Shown here: in pieces, positions 38,855-48,984 of the stretch
Layout: every line of letters starts with the position of its first letter
Numbering within the stretch: the stretch's first letter is position 1
Source of the DNA: Dongia sp.
Lineage (GTDB): Bacteria > Pseudomonadota > Alphaproteobacteria > Dongiales > Dongiaceae
Assembly: GCF_041909655.1 (NCBI RefSeq)
Contig: NZ_JAYRDA010000006.1
Coordinates: forward strand, 87,274-151,273
Reading direction: 5' to 3'
Length of the DNA: 64,000 nt
The notes under the pieces: model-generated
Told to the model about the DNA's origin: nothing
What the model saw: only the letters and a program-made list of their open reading frames with translations
The model's database searches: none
Program-made: the position numbers and the translations under genes

Positions 38855-39602
38855 TGATTTCGCGGCTGCCTTGCTGGATCGCCGCTCCGTTCCACCGGCC
38901 GGACTCATCGCGCGCCCAGACGTGTCGCCCGCCAGCCGTTTTGCCGTTCATCGCAATCATATCTTTGCCAGTTTGAGCGCACTCCTGCAGGCGCGTTTTC
39001 CCGCGATCCACCGGCTCGTCGGCGCGGATTTCTTCCATCATCTCGCCCGGGAGTTTATCGTGGTGCATCCACCGGCCTCGCCGGTGCTGATGGAATATGG
39101 CGGCGCTCTGCCGGGTTTTTTGCGCAGCTTCGCGCCGGTCCGGCATCTCGCCTATCTGCCGGACGTGGCGCTGCTGGAATGGTCGTGCCACACGGCGGCG
39201 CATGCTGCCGATACCGTACCGGTGGATCTTGCCGGGTTGGCTGCGATGGCACCGGACGAGATGGCGCGACTAAGTTTCAGCCTCCATCCCAGCCTGGCGC
39301 TTTTGCCCTCGGACTTTCCAGTCGTCTCGATCTGGCGGACCAATGTCGAAGATGCCGAGCCGCAGCCGATACCGGCAGATCTGCCGGCGGAAAGCGCGCT
39401 GATCGTGCGGCCGCATCTCTCGGTCCAGGTCCATCCCGTTCCACGCGATATCCTGCGTTTCATCGCGCGCCTGCAAGCGGGTGACAATCTGGGCGATGCC
39501 GCCGCGGCGTCGGATGCCGCTTTCGATCTCACGGCCGCTCTCGCCTTTCTTTTCCGCGCCGGTGCCGTCACCGGATATCGCTTGGTCCAACCATCCAGCT
39601 AG
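38838..39602 (+). CDS. DUF2063 partner protein (BufC-like)
   Basis: RFAVHRNH...L..RFP....LVGADFF, YLPDVALLEW; typical third gene of this cluster. Confidence 0.85.
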   Translation: MPPSRDDFAAALLDRRSVPPAGLIARPDVSPASRFAVHRNHIFASLSALLQARFPAIHRLVGADFFHHLAREFIVVHPPASPVLMEYGGALPGFLRSFAPVRHLAYLPDVALLEWSCHTAAHAADTVPVDLAGLAAMAPDEMARLSFSLHPSLALLPSDFPVVSIWRTNVEDAEPQPIPADLPAESALIVRPHLSVQVHPVPRDILRFIARLQAGDNLGDAAAASDAAFDLTAALAFLFRAGAVTGYRLVQPSS

Positions 39603-39614
39603 GAGTTGCTCATC

Positions 39615-40079
39615 ATGATAGCCCGCATTCAACGTCTCAACGGCTTGCTCGGTCTTGTTCCCGCCGATCTCGTTGTCCTTCTGGCGCGGCTTGGCATCGG
39701 TGCCATCTTCCTGCGCTCCGGCTTACTGAAGCTGGATGGCTGGGAGAGCGGCCTCACTCTGGCGCTGTTCGAAAGCGAATACCGCCTGCCGTTCCTGCCG
39801 CCGGAACTGGCCGCACCCCTGGCGATGGGCGCCGAACTCAGCATGCCGTTCCTGCTATTCCTCGGCCTCGGCACGCGCTACGCGGCGCTGGCGCTGTTCG
39901 GGATGACGGCGGTGATCCAGATTTTCGTCTACCCCAACGCCTTCGACACCCATGCGGTCTGGGCCGTGGCGCTGCTCTGCCTGATAAAGTTCGGCGCCGG
40001 GCGTTTCTCTCTCGACCATCTTCTCAAGCTGAAGATGGGGACGGCTCAGCCGGCGCCTTTCGGCCGGGGGATGGCATAG
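39615..40079 (+). CDS. DoxX family membrane protein (BufD-like)
   Basis: ARLGIGAIFLRSG, LFESEY.LP, AELSMP.LL.LGL.TR, GAGRFSLD. Confidence 0.9.
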   Translation: MIARIQRLNGLLGLVPADLVVLLARLGIGAIFLRSGLLKLDGWESGLTLALFESEYRLPFLPPELAAPLAMGAELSMPFLLFLGLGTRYAALALFGMTAVIQIFVYPNAFDTHAVWAVALLCLIKFGAGRFSLDHLLKLKMGTAQPAPFGRGMA

Positions 40080-41269
40080 CGCCCCATCAGGTACCAGAGG
40101 AGGGCGGCAAGCTGAAACACCAGCAACCCGCCGAAGGCGATCGCATAGCCGCTCTGCCGGTCCGCGCCGGCTTGGTCGAGAATCCAGCCGATGCCGGATT
40201 GGAACAGGGCCGAGGCCAGGAACAGCAGCAAATTCGCCGCCGATTGCGCGCGTCCGGCAAGTTCGCGCCCGAAATGGCCGGCCAGCGTCGCATAGCCGAG
40301 ATTGGCGGTCTGGCCGGTAAAGCCGAAGGCCATCCAGATGAGCGGCAACAGCACGGGGAGGGCGAAGATCATCGCGATCTGGGTCGCGCTGAAAATGACA
40401 AAGGTGCCTGCGATCACCGCCTTCAAGCCGATACCGCGGCGTTGCAGGCGATCGGCGATGAAGCCGGTCGATAAAGATCCGATTGCAAAGGCAAGTCCCA
40501 GGATCATCAATTGCTGATTGGCAGCATGTTGATCGAGACCGCGCACATCCGTCATCCAGCGCGTTGCCCAGAGGGTCTGGATCGCGATCGCGGCACCGGA
40601 GAGGGCTGCAACCATCGGCGCCACATGCCAGAAGACGGGATCGCGAAAGATCTGCCAATAACCGGCCAATTGCTCCTTGAAAGCGACCGGCCGGTGATCG
40701 TCGGGCCGCTTCGGCACGACCAGATAGATCGTCGCCGCGATGGCGAGAATGAAGATGCCGAGGCAGACGAAGAGGGCACGCCAGCCGATGACACCTGCCA
40801 GGAAATTGGCGGGGTAGGTCCCGGCCAGGAAACCGAGGGCACCAAAGGTGATGACGGCTGAATTGCCGAGCGCCAGGCGTTCCGCGGGCAGCCACATCGC
40901 ATTGGCCTTGAAGGCCGACATCAGGCAGCCTGCCAATCCCATGCCGATCAGCAGGCGCGCGATCGCGAGATTGGTCGTGTCTTCGCCGAGCGCGAACCAG
41001 ATGGCACCGATCGCGGCGACCAGCAGCAGGCAGGATTGCACCAGACGCGCCCCGAAGCGGTCCAGGAGCAGGCCGAGCGGCAATTGAAACAGCACGAAGC
41101 CGTAGAGATACATGGCCGTCATCAGGCCGAGATCGGTATTGCTGAGGCCAAGCTCGGCAATGAGGTCGTCGGAGATGGCGGCGTTGACGACGCGAAAGAG
41201 ATAGGACGCAAAATAACCGGCGGCGAAGGGGCCGAGGGCGCGGAGGAGAATGCTGGCGGTCGTGCTCAT
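40046..41269 (-). CDS. MFS transporter
   Basis: 12-TM pattern, GLLLDRFGAR loop motif, GFIADRL in the second half. Confidence 0.88.
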   Translation of the reverse strand: MSTTASILLRALGPFAAGYFASYLFRVVNAAISDDLIAELGLSNTDLGLMTAMYLYGFVLFQLPLGLLLDRFGARLVQSCLLLVAAIGAIWFALGEDTTNLAIARLLIGMGLAGCLMSAFKANAMWLPAERLALGNSAVITFGALGFLAGTYPANFLAGVIGWRALFVCLGIFILAIAATIYLVVPKRPDDHRPVAFKEQLAGYWQIFRDPVFWHVAPMVAALSGAAIAIQTLWATRWMTDVRGLDQHAANQQLMILGLAFAIGSLSTGFIADRLQRRGIGLKAVIAGTFVIFSATQIAMIFALPVLLPLIWMAFGFTGQTANLGYATLAGHFGRELAGRAQSAANLLLFLASALFQSGIGWILDQAGADRQSGYAIAFGGLLVFQLAALLWYLMGRYAIPRPKGAG

Positions 41270-41274
41270 GATGA

Positions 41275-42186
41275 TCAGGCGACGTTGAGCGGCTGCGGCT
41301 GCACCCGGCGCTGGTCGTAGAGCGTGTTGGCTGCCACCGCGCCGATCACCAGCGCGCCGCCGTAAAGCGCATAGATTCCGGGGTTCTCGCCGAGGAACAG
41401 GAACACCCAGAAGGCGCCCAGAACGGTTTCCACCAGCGATAGCAGAGCGGCCTGTGCCGCCGGAATATGCCGCGCGCCGGTGGTGAAGAGGATGAGGCCG
41501 ATCGCCAATTGCACCGCGCCGAACAGGAACAGATAGCCGAAATCGACGAGGTTGATCTGAAGCGCGTCCAGACCTGCCATCAGAAACCCGGCCAGGCCCA
41601 TGAAAGCCGTGCCGAGGCAGGTGGCGGGGGTCATCCGCACGTGAGCGAAGCGCCGCGTCAGCACCGTCGCGAAAGCAAAGCTCACGGCAATGACACCGGA
41701 AAGTGTCAGCCCGATCGCATCGGCATGACCCTCGGCCTTGCCGACCATGAGCAGGATGCCGGCAAAAGCTACCGCCATGGCGGCGATGCGCGCCCAGCCC
41801 AAACGTTCACCCATCCAGACCCAGGCGATGAGCCCGGCGATCAGCGGTGCCGTCGATTGCACGACCAGGATGAGGGCGACCGTCGCATGCTGCAGCGCGA
41901 TCACGAACGAGATCGAGGCGGCGGCGAAGCAGATGGCAACGCCGATGCCGCCCAATCCCATGTTGCGGAAGAGGGCCCAAGTATTGCCGCGGTCGCGGAG
42001 CAGCAGGAAGAGAAGCAGGCTGATGGCGGCGATGGTGCCGCGCCAGGCGACGATGGTCCAGGGATCGAGATTGATCTGCCGCGCGATGAGGCCGCCGAGG
42101 CTCCAGCAGATCGCCGCACCCACCACGAGCAAAGTTCCCAAGCGTTGCGCGTTGGCGTGTTGCGAGCCTGCCGGCGACGTCGACAT
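41275..42186 (-). CDS. DMT/EamA family transporter
   Basis: AAICWSLGG, QSTAP..AG, ETVLG..WV.LFLGENP. Start moved to ATG 42186. Confidence 0.88.
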   Translation of the reverse strand: MSTSPAGSQHANAQRLGTLLVVGAAICWSLGGLIARQINLDPWTIVAWRGTIAAISLLLFLLLRDRGNTWALFRNMGLGGIGVAICFAAASISFVIALQHATVALILVVQSTAPLIAGLIAWVWMGERLGWARIAAMAVAFAGILLMVGKAEGHADAIGLTLSGVIAVSFAFATVLTRRFAHVRMTPATCLGTAFMGLAGFLMAGLDALQINLVDFGYLFLFGAVQLAIGLILFTTGARHIPAAQAALLSLVETVLGAFWVFLFLGENPGIYALYGGALVIGAVAANTLYDQRRVQPQPLNVA

Positions 42187-42282
42187 GATGTTCTCCCCTG
42201 TTGCCGCGGCAGCATAAAGAGGCCGCCCGAGCGCGCAAGCTTGGCGCGCCTCATGGCAGATATGCACGCAGCGGTGACGGCC

Positions 42283-43173
42283 TCACCCGGCGGCTGTGCT
42301 TTGGCTGTTCTGGACTTCCGCCAGCAGCCAATCTCGAAAGGCCGCAAAGGGCGGATCGGTGAGAGCCTCCGGGCGATAGATCAGGTGCCAGGCCTTGCCG
42401 GGATCCACCAAAGCGAGATCGAACAGGCGCACCAGACGACCGGCATCGAGATCGTCCTGGACGTAAGGCGGTCGTACCAAGGCGATGCCGAGCCCGTCGA
42501 GCGCCGCCTGAATGGCATAGGTCGAATAGTCGAAAGAAAGGCGCCGACGGAAGCGCGCGGGGTCGAGACCGCTTTCGCTGAGCCAGCGCGGCCAGGCCTG
42601 GGGCGCATGCGAGACCTCCAGCAGCGTGTGGTGGATGAGGTCGCTCTGCCGCTTGATCGTCGCGGCGACCTGAGGGGCGGCCACGGGAATGAGGGCCGCC
42701 GAGAAAAGCCGCTCGGCCAGCAAGCCGGGCAGGGGAGCGGCACTGAGGCGGATCGTGGCGGCCCAGTCTTGCCGCAACGTGATGTCGTCTTCGATCGCAG
42801 TCACCAGCCGCACCTCGATCCCGGGATGCCGCATCTGGAAGAGATGCAGGCGCGGGATCAGCCAGCGCATGGCAAAGGTGGGGCCGATCGCGACCGAGAG
42901 GCCCGGCGGTGTTGCCCGGCGCACCGTGTCGACCGCCGCATCGAGGCGCCGGAAGGCATCCTCCAGCAGCGGCGCCAGGCTGCGTCCGGCGGGGGTGGGC
43001 GTCAGGCTGTTGGCCTGGCGGTCGAACAAGCGCTGGCCGAGTTGTCCTTCGACCAGCTTCACCAGGCGGCTGATCGCCGTTTGCGTCACGTTGAGTTCGT
43101 TCGCTGCGGCCACGAAACTGCCCAAGCGCAAGGCAGCCTCAACCGCCTTCAGGCCTTTCAGCGATGGCGTCAT
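42283..43173 (-). CDS. LysR family regulator (GcvA-like)
   Basis: PSLKGLKAVEAA.RLGSF..AA.ELNVTQ.AISR, LFDR, WLIPRL, AALDGLGIAL. Confidence 0.92.
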   Translation of the reverse strand: MTPSLKGLKAVEAALRLGSFVAAANELNVTQTAISRLVKLVEGQLGQRLFDRQANSLTPTPAGRSLAPLLEDAFRRLDAAVDTVRRATPPGLSVAIGPTFAMRWLIPRLHLFQMRHPGIEVRLVTAIEDDITLRQDWAATIRLSAAPLPGLLAERLFSAALIPVAAPQVAATIKRQSDLIHHTLLEVSHAPQAWPRWLSESGLDPARFRRRLSFDYSTYAIQAALDGLGIALVRPPYVQDDLDAGRLVRLFDLALVDPGKAWHLIYRPEALTDPPFAAFRDWLLAEVQNSQSTAAG

Positions 43174-43284
43174 TTCAATCCTACCCCAATCTAATATTGG
43201 CCTAGTCTGGCATATTGGCGCTGGCGCGAACAGGGCCGGAATGGCACTCCTGACGCCACCCCACCGGCAATTCCCGAGTCATCC

Positions 43285-44037
43285 ATGGGCACCCTCGCAA
43301 CCCTTTTCGCCGTCATCGCCGCGGTGCTCTCGACCTCCTTCCTCTCCGGCATTTTCGGCATGCTGGGCGGGCTCATTCTGCTGGCGCTACTACTGGTGGT
43401 CCTGCCCGTGCCGGCGGCGATGAGCCTGCATGCCGTGACGCAGATGACGTCGAACGGGTGGCGCGCCGTGTTGTGGCATCGCTATGTCCTTTGGCAGATT
43501 CTGCCCGGCTATCTCGCCGGCTCGTTGGTCGCGTTCGGCATCCTTACCTGGATCAGCTTCCAGCCGCCGACCGCCTGGGTCTATATCGGCCTCGGCATCA
43601 TCCCGTTCCTCGCCCTGGCCATTCCGGCGCGCCTCGCCCCCGATATCCGCCGGCCTCTCGCCCCGTTTTGCCTGGGCTTTGTGGTGATGAGCATCCATGT
43701 CGTGGCCGGTGTCTCCGGGGCACTTCTCGACATCTTCTTTTTTCGCACCGATCTCGACCGGCGCCAGATCGTCGCCACCAAGGCGTGCTCCCAGACTTTG
43801 GGGCATCTGCTGAAGCTCGCTTATTTCTTGCTGGTCGCAAATGCCGGCGAAATCGCGAGCGACGTCCCGGTTTGGATCTTCGCCATCTCAATTGCTACGG
43901 CCATTGCCGGGACCAGCCTCGCGCGACTGGTGATCGAGCGCCTCAGCAACCGCGCCTTCCAGCTTTGGACGCGCTGGCTGGCCGCCCTGGTGGGCGGTAT
44001 TTGCGCCATCCGTGGGATTGTCATGTTGATCGGCTAA
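43285..44037 (+). CDS. TauE/SafE (TSUP) family membrane protein
   Basis: TSFLSGIFGMLGG.IL, GVSGALLD, IVATKA..QT.GH. Confidence 0.82.
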   Translation: MGTLATLFAVIAAVLSTSFLSGIFGMLGGLILLALLLVVLPVPAAMSLHAVTQMTSNGWRAVLWHRYVLWQILPGYLAGSLVAFGILTWISFQPPTAWVYIGLGIIPFLALAIPARLAPDIRRPLAPFCLGFVVMSIHVVAGVSGALLDIFFFRTDLDRRQIVATKACSQTLGHLLKLAYFLLVANAGEIASDVPVWIFAISIATAIAGTSLARLVIERLSNRAFQLWTRWLAALVGGICAIRGIVMLIG

Positions 44038-44121
44038 GTGCCCATAAACAGGTGACTTTCCGCCGGTCTGCCCGTATTCTCGCCACACCTTTCAACAAAT
44101 GATTCGGGTTCGGTGAGCGAG

Positions 44122-45465
44122 ATGTCTGTTAATCGCAGCAAGGGGCGCTGGAGCGCCGCCACAATCCTGGCGACGGTGCTGATGGCTGGATGTGCCTCGC
44201 CGCCACCGCCGCAGGCCCAGGCGGCAGCACCCACCGAGAATGCGCCGGCACCTGCGGCGGAAACGGCGCCGGCCGCCGCCGTGAATGTTCCGGACATCAC
44301 GGCGATCAACCAGACCTCCTGTCCCAAACAGGCCGCGAGCTATGAAGAATGGGTGGCGCGCTTCGGTGCCTATGCTTTGCATCAGGGCCAGTCGGAGAAG
44401 GTGGTGCGCACCGCCTTTGCCGGCGTCTACGAAAACCCCAGCATCCGCGACCGCGCCGGCAAGCAGCCGGAATTCGTGACGCCGGTCTGGACCTATCTCG
44501 AAAAGGCGGTTTCGCCCGAACGCATCGCCAAGGGCCAGGCCAGGCTGCCCGAGAACCGCGCGCTCTTGGCCGAGATCGAGCGCGATTTCGGCACCAATCC
44601 CAACATCCTGATGGGGATCTGGGGCATCGAGACCGATTTCGGCAATAATTTCGGCGACGTCAACGTGTTCGAAGCGCTCTCCAATGTTGGCTACGGCACC
44701 AGCCGCAAGGATTTCGCCTGCACCGAGCTGCTTTCCGCGTTGAAGATCGCCGCCGGCGGCAAGATCGCGCCCCAGGACATGATCGGCTCCTGGGCCGGTG
44801 CGATGGGGCATAGCCAGTTCCTGCCCTCGAACTACCTCACCATTGCCGTCGATCGCGACCGTTCGGGCGCTCCGGATCTCTGGACCTCGATGCCGGATGT
44901 CTTCGCCTCCACCGCCAATCATCTGGTGCGCGATGGCTGGCAGCGCGGGCAACCCTGGGGCTTCGAGGTAAAGCTGCCGGCCGGGTTCCCCTATCAGGAA
45001 GCCGAGCTCGACATCGAAAAGCCGGTCAGCCACTGGCAGCAATTGGGGGTGAAACGGGTGAACGGCCAGGCCCTGCCGGCCTTGTCGGGCGATACCGCCA
45101 TCCTGCTGCTGGCGGGGCATAAGGGCCCGGCCTTCCTCACCACGAAGAACTTCAAGGCGATCCTGAAATACAATTACTCGACCTCCTATGCCCTCGCGGT
45201 GGCCTATCTCGGCGACCGGGTCATGGGTGGTTCGGGCATTCAGGGGAAGTGGCCCGTCGACGAGCCGCAGCTCAGCCTGGCCGAGCGCGAGGAGATCCAG
45301 CAGCGTCTGGTGGACCTTGGCCATTTGAGCGGCAGCGTCGACGGCGTCATCGGCCTGAAGACCCGCAAGGCCATCCGTCTCTTCCAATCCCGGGCGGGCT
45401 TGCCGGCGGATGGATTCGCCACCAAATCACTGCTCCTGGAAATGCGCCGACGCGCGGCTGGGTGA
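44122..45465 (+). CDS. Lytic murein transglycosylase (MltB/Slt35-like) lipoprotein with peptidoglycan-binding domain
   Basis: Lipobox MAGC, IWGIETDFG, GSWAGAMGHSQFLPS, YNYSTSYAL, C-terminal VDGVIG.KTR.AIR.FQ. Confidence 0.92.
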   Translation: MSVNRSKGRWSAATILATVLMAGCASPPPPQAQAAAPTENAPAPAAETAPAAAVNVPDITAINQTSCPKQAASYEEWVARFGAYALHQGQSEKVVRTAFAGVYENPSIRDRAGKQPEFVTPVWTYLEKAVSPERIAKGQARLPENRALLAEIERDFGTNPNILMGIWGIETDFGNNFGDVNVFEALSNVGYGTSRKDFACTELLSALKIAAGGKIAPQDMIGSWAGAMGHSQFLPSNYLTIAVDRDRSGAPDLWTSMPDVFASTANHLVRDGWQRGQPWGFEVKLPAGFPYQEAELDIEKPVSHWQQLGVKRVNGQALPALSGDTAILLLAGHKGPAFLTTKNFKAILKYNYSTSYALAVAYLGDRVMGGSGIQGKWPVDEPQLSLAEREEIQQRLVDLGHLSGSVDGVIGLKTRKAIRLFQSRAGLPADGFATKSLLLEMRRRAAG

Positions 45466-45601
45466 TTGCCGCTAACCGTCTGTAATTCAAGGCAAAGGGC
45501 CAGATTGCTTTTCTGGGCCCGATGGTTATAGTCGCGCCTTTCGGGAGGGTTGGGACGGCGTGCCGGACCCTGACGGTCAATTAATTCCAGGGAGAATATC
45601 G

Positions 45602-46000
45602 ATGTTCGTTTCCGAAGCTTATGCGCAGGCCGCCGGTGCCGCCCCCGGCGGGACCGATATGCTGGCGAGCTTTCTGCCGCTGGTCCTCATTTTCGTGGTG
45701 TTCTGGTTCCTGATGATCCGCCCGCAGCAGAAGCGGATGAAGGAGCATCGGGCGCTGGTCGCCTCGCTGAAGAAGAACGACAAGGTCGTCACCAATGGCG
45801 GCATCATGGGTGTCGTCACCAAGGCGGTCGATGGCGAGAACGAGGTCGAAGTCGAAATCGCCGCCAATGTGCGCGTACGCGTTCTGCGCACCGCGGTGAG
45901 CGAAGTCGTCAACCGCACGCTGCCGGCCAAGGGCGCCAAGGCGGATGCGAAGGCCGAGGCGAAGACGGTCGAGACCAAGAACGGCGCCAACGACGCCTGA
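45602..46000 (+). CDS. yajC: Preprotein translocase subunit YajC
   Basis: VFWFLMIRPQQKRMKEH, DKVVTNGGI.G; precedes secD. Confidence 0.95.
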   Translation: MFVSEAYAQAAGAAPGGTDMLASFLPLVLIFVVFWFLMIRPQQKRMKEHRALVASLKKNDKVVTNGGIMGVVTKAVDGENEVEVEIAANVRVRVLRTAVSEVVNRTLPAKGAKADAKAEAKTVETKNGANDA

Positions 46001-46074
46001 TTTGAGCTGACGAGGCCGCTCGATCGCGAGCGGCCTCGATCCTCTGGCGCAAGTCGCCCAGCACCGAAGGTCAC

Positions 46075-47634
46075 ATGCTGCATTTCTCCAAATTCAAGAT
46101 CACCCTGATCCTGCTCAGCCTGATCATCGGGCTCTATGCGGTGGCGCCGAACTTCTTCAGCGAAGGCCAGTTGCAGCGTATTCCCTCCTGGCTGCCGGCG
46201 CGCACGGTCAGCCTCGGCCTCGATCTGCAGGGCGGTTCGCATCTGCTCTTCGAGGTCGACACCAATGCGCTGATCAAGGAGCGGCTGGAAGGTACCTTGG
46301 GTGAAGTGCGTCAGGCCTTGCGCGGCGCCAGCCTGGGCTATACCGGCCTCGGCATCCGCGACAATCAGGTGGTCGTCACGTTGACCGATCCCAGCGCGGC
46401 TGAGCGAGCGCGGGAGGCACTGGCGCCGGTCGCCACCAACATGGCATTCGACATCGCCGCCGATGGCAGCGTCACGCTGGCTTTTTCGGATACGGCGATC
46501 GAACAGGCCAAGACACATGCCGTCGATCAGTCGATCGAGATCATCCGGCGCCGCATTGATGAGACCGGTACCAAGGAACCGACCATCATCCGCCAGGGCG
46601 AAGATCGCATCGTCGTGCAATTGCCCGGCGTCAAGGATCCGCAGAATCTGAAGGCGCTCATCGGCGCCACCGCGAAGATGACCTTCCAATTGGTGGACGA
46701 GACGGCGGAATCCACCGGTACGGCGGCTGCCACCTCCATTCAATTGCCCATGGCCGAGGGCGAAGGGGCGGCAGGCCAGCGCCTCTGGGTGCAGCGGAGC
46801 GTGCTGGTCTCCGGTGAAAACCTGACCGATGCGCAGCAGAGCTTCGAAGGTGGCCTGCCGGTGGTGCAGTTCAAATTCGACTCCATCGGTGCCCGCAAGT
46901 TCGGCGACGCCACGGCGCGCAATGTCGGCAAGCGCTTTGCGATCGTGCTCGACGGCAAGGTCATCAGCGCACCGGTGATCCGCGATGCGATCCTGGGCGG
47001 CAGCGGCATCATCAGCGGCAATTTTACCGCCCAATCTGCCAACAATCTGGCGTTGCTGTTGCGTGCCGGTGCTCTGCCGGCACCGCTCACCGTGCTGGAG
47101 GAGCGCACCGTCGGTGCCGATCTCGGCGCGGATTCGATCGAGGCCGGCAAGCTGGCGTTCATCATCGCCATTGTGATGATCGTGGTGGCGATGGTCGTGC
47201 TCTACGGCTTTTTCGGCATCGTTGCCAATATCGCGCTGTTGTTCAATGCGGTGTTGCTGCTGGGCATTCTCTCGCTGCTGCAGGCGACGCTGACCCTGCC
47301 CGGCATTGCCGGCATCGTGCTGACGCTGGGCATGGCGGTTGACGCCAACGTGCTGATCCTCGAGCGCGTGCGCGAGGAAATGCGCAATGGCCGCTCGCCG
47401 GTAAATGCCATGGAAGCGGGTTACCGCGAGGCGCAGACCACCATCATCGACAGCAATCTCACCACCCTGATCTCGACCTTGTTCCTGTTCGGCTTCGGCT
47501 CGGGGCCGATCAAGGGCTTCGCTGTGACACTCTCGGTCGGTATCGTCACCTCGGTCTTCACCGCCGTTCTGGTGACCCGTCTCATCACCTCGATCTGGTT
47601 GCGCCAGGCGCGCCCCAAGGTCCTGCCGCTTTAG
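46075..47634 (+). CDS. secD: Protein translocase subunit SecD
   Basis: LGLDLQGG, ERTVGADLG, GMAVDANVLILERVRE, DSNLTT. Confidence 0.97.
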   Translation: MLHFSKFKITLILLSLIIGLYAVAPNFFSEGQLQRIPSWLPARTVSLGLDLQGGSHLLFEVDTNALIKERLEGTLGEVRQALRGASLGYTGLGIRDNQVVVTLTDPSAAERAREALAPVATNMAFDIAADGSVTLAFSDTAIEQAKTHAVDQSIEIIRRRIDETGTKEPTIIRQGEDRIVVQLPGVKDPQNLKALIGATAKMTFQLVDETAESTGTAAATSIQLPMAEGEGAAGQRLWVQRSVLVSGENLTDAQQSFEGGLPVVQFKFDSIGARKFGDATARNVGKRFAIVLDGKVISAPVIRDAILGGSGIISGNFTAQSANNLALLLRAGALPAPLTVLEERTVGADLGADSIEAGKLAFIIAIVMIVVAMVVLYGFFGIVANIALLFNAVLLLGILSLLQATLTLPGIAGIVLTLGMAVDANVLILERVREEMRNGRSPVNAMEAGYREAQTTIIDSNLTTLISTLFLFGFGSGPIKGFAVTLSVGIVTSVFTAVLVTRLITSIWLRQARPKVLPL

Positions 47635-47646
47635 GAGTTACGGCGC

Positions 47647-48585
47647 ATGTGGAAACCACTGCATCTGGTGCCGGCCAATACGCGCATCGACTTTCTGCGC
47701 TTTCATAAATTCACCTTCGTGCTGTCGATCGTGATGGTGCTGGGGTCGATCGGCCTCATCGCGACCAAGGGCCTCAATTTCGGCATCGACTTTGCCGGTG
47801 GTATCGTCATGGAAGTAAAGAGCCCGGATGCGAGTGCCGATCTCGGCGCCATGCGCTCCGGACTCAACAACCTCGGTCTTGGCGAAATGTCGCTGCAGGA
47901 ATTCGGCTCGCCCGATGTGGTGCTGATCCGCATTCCGCAACAGGATGGCGGCGAGACGGCGACGCAGGAAGCCGTCGCCAAGGTGCAAGCCTCTCTCGGC
48001 AGCAATTGGGAATACCGCCGCACCGAGACCGTGGGGCCCAAGGTCGGCAGCGAGTTGATCGAAGGCGCGCTCATCGCCTTCCTGCTCGCGATGGGGGGCA
48101 TCATGGCCTATATCTGGTTCCGCTATGAATGGAATTACGGCGTCAACGCGCTCATCGCTTTGGTGCATGATTGCGTGACGACGGTTGGGCTCTTTGCCCT
48201 GCTCGGCCTCGAGTTCAATCTCACCACCGTGGCCGCGGTGCTTACCATCGCCGGTTATTCGGTCAACGACACGGTCGTTGTCTTCGACCGGATCCGTTAC
48301 GAACTCCGCCGCTACAAGACCATGAATGTGCGCGACGTGATCAATCTCTCGCTCAACGCCACATTGAGCCGCACGACCGTTACCTCGGGCTTGACCATGC
48401 TTTCGGTCCTCGCGCTCGCCATCTGGGGCGGCGAGGCGATGCGTGGGTTCTCGATCGCCCTGGTCTGGGGCATCGCCATCGGCACCTATTCGACCCTGTT
48501 CATGGCGACGCCGCTCCTGCTCTACGCAAACCTGCGGCCCGGTGCCAAGGCGAAGACGGCGGAAGCCGACTCGCCCTCGGCCTGA
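47647..48585 (+). CDS. secF: Protein translocase subunit SecF
   Basis: GIDFAGG, VGPKVGSEL, HDCV, GYSVNDTVVVFDRIR, SRTTVTS. Confidence 0.97.
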   Translation: MWKPLHLVPANTRIDFLRFHKFTFVLSIVMVLGSIGLIATKGLNFGIDFAGGIVMEVKSPDASADLGAMRSGLNNLGLGEMSLQEFGSPDVVLIRIPQQDGGETATQEAVAKVQASLGSNWEYRRTETVGPKVGSELIEGALIAFLLAMGGIMAYIWFRYEWNYGVNALIALVHDCVTTVGLFALLGLEFNLTTVAAVLTIAGYSVNDTVVVFDRIRYELRRYKTMNVRDVINLSLNATLSRTTVTSGLTMLSVLALAIWGGEAMRGFSIALVWGIAIGTYSTLFMATPLLLYANLRPGAKAKTAEADSPSA

Positions 48586-48597
48586 TCGGGAATCCAG

Positions 48598-48978
48598 ATG
48601 GACCTGACGCCCCTCATCCCGACCGGTCGTCAGATCATCGAGAGTTATGGCGATGGTCGCTTCCGGGTGGCCGGTGCCGTCTATGAGGGTTCGGTCCTGG
48701 TCTTCCCGCAAGCGACACTCGCTTGGTCAGTCACGATGATGACTGAGCTTTCGGCCGAAAGCCTTGCCCCCGTCGCGGCCCAGGCCGACGCGGGGGAAAT
48801 CGATCTTCTGCTGGTGGGATGCGGCCCGCGTCTGGCCATGATCCCGAAGGATCTGCGCGCGCAACTACGCGCCAAGGGTGTCGTGATGGAGCCGATGGAT
48901 ACCGGCGCCGCCGCGCGGACCTACAATGTACTGATGGCCGAGGGCCGCCGCGTGGCGGCGGCCCTCATTGCCGTCTAG
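48598..48978 (+). CDS. Mth938-like / NDUFAF3-like protein
   Basis: IESYGDG.F, LLLVGCG, EPMDTGAAARTYNVLMAEGRRVAAAL. Confidence 0.9.
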   Translation: MDLTPLIPTGRQIIESYGDGRFRVAGAVYEGSVLVFPQATLAWSVTMMTELSAESLAPVAAQADAGEIDLLLVGCGPRLAMIPKDLRAQLRAKGVVMEPMDTGAAARTYNVLMAEGRRVAAALIAV

Positions 48979-48984
48979 GCCTCG

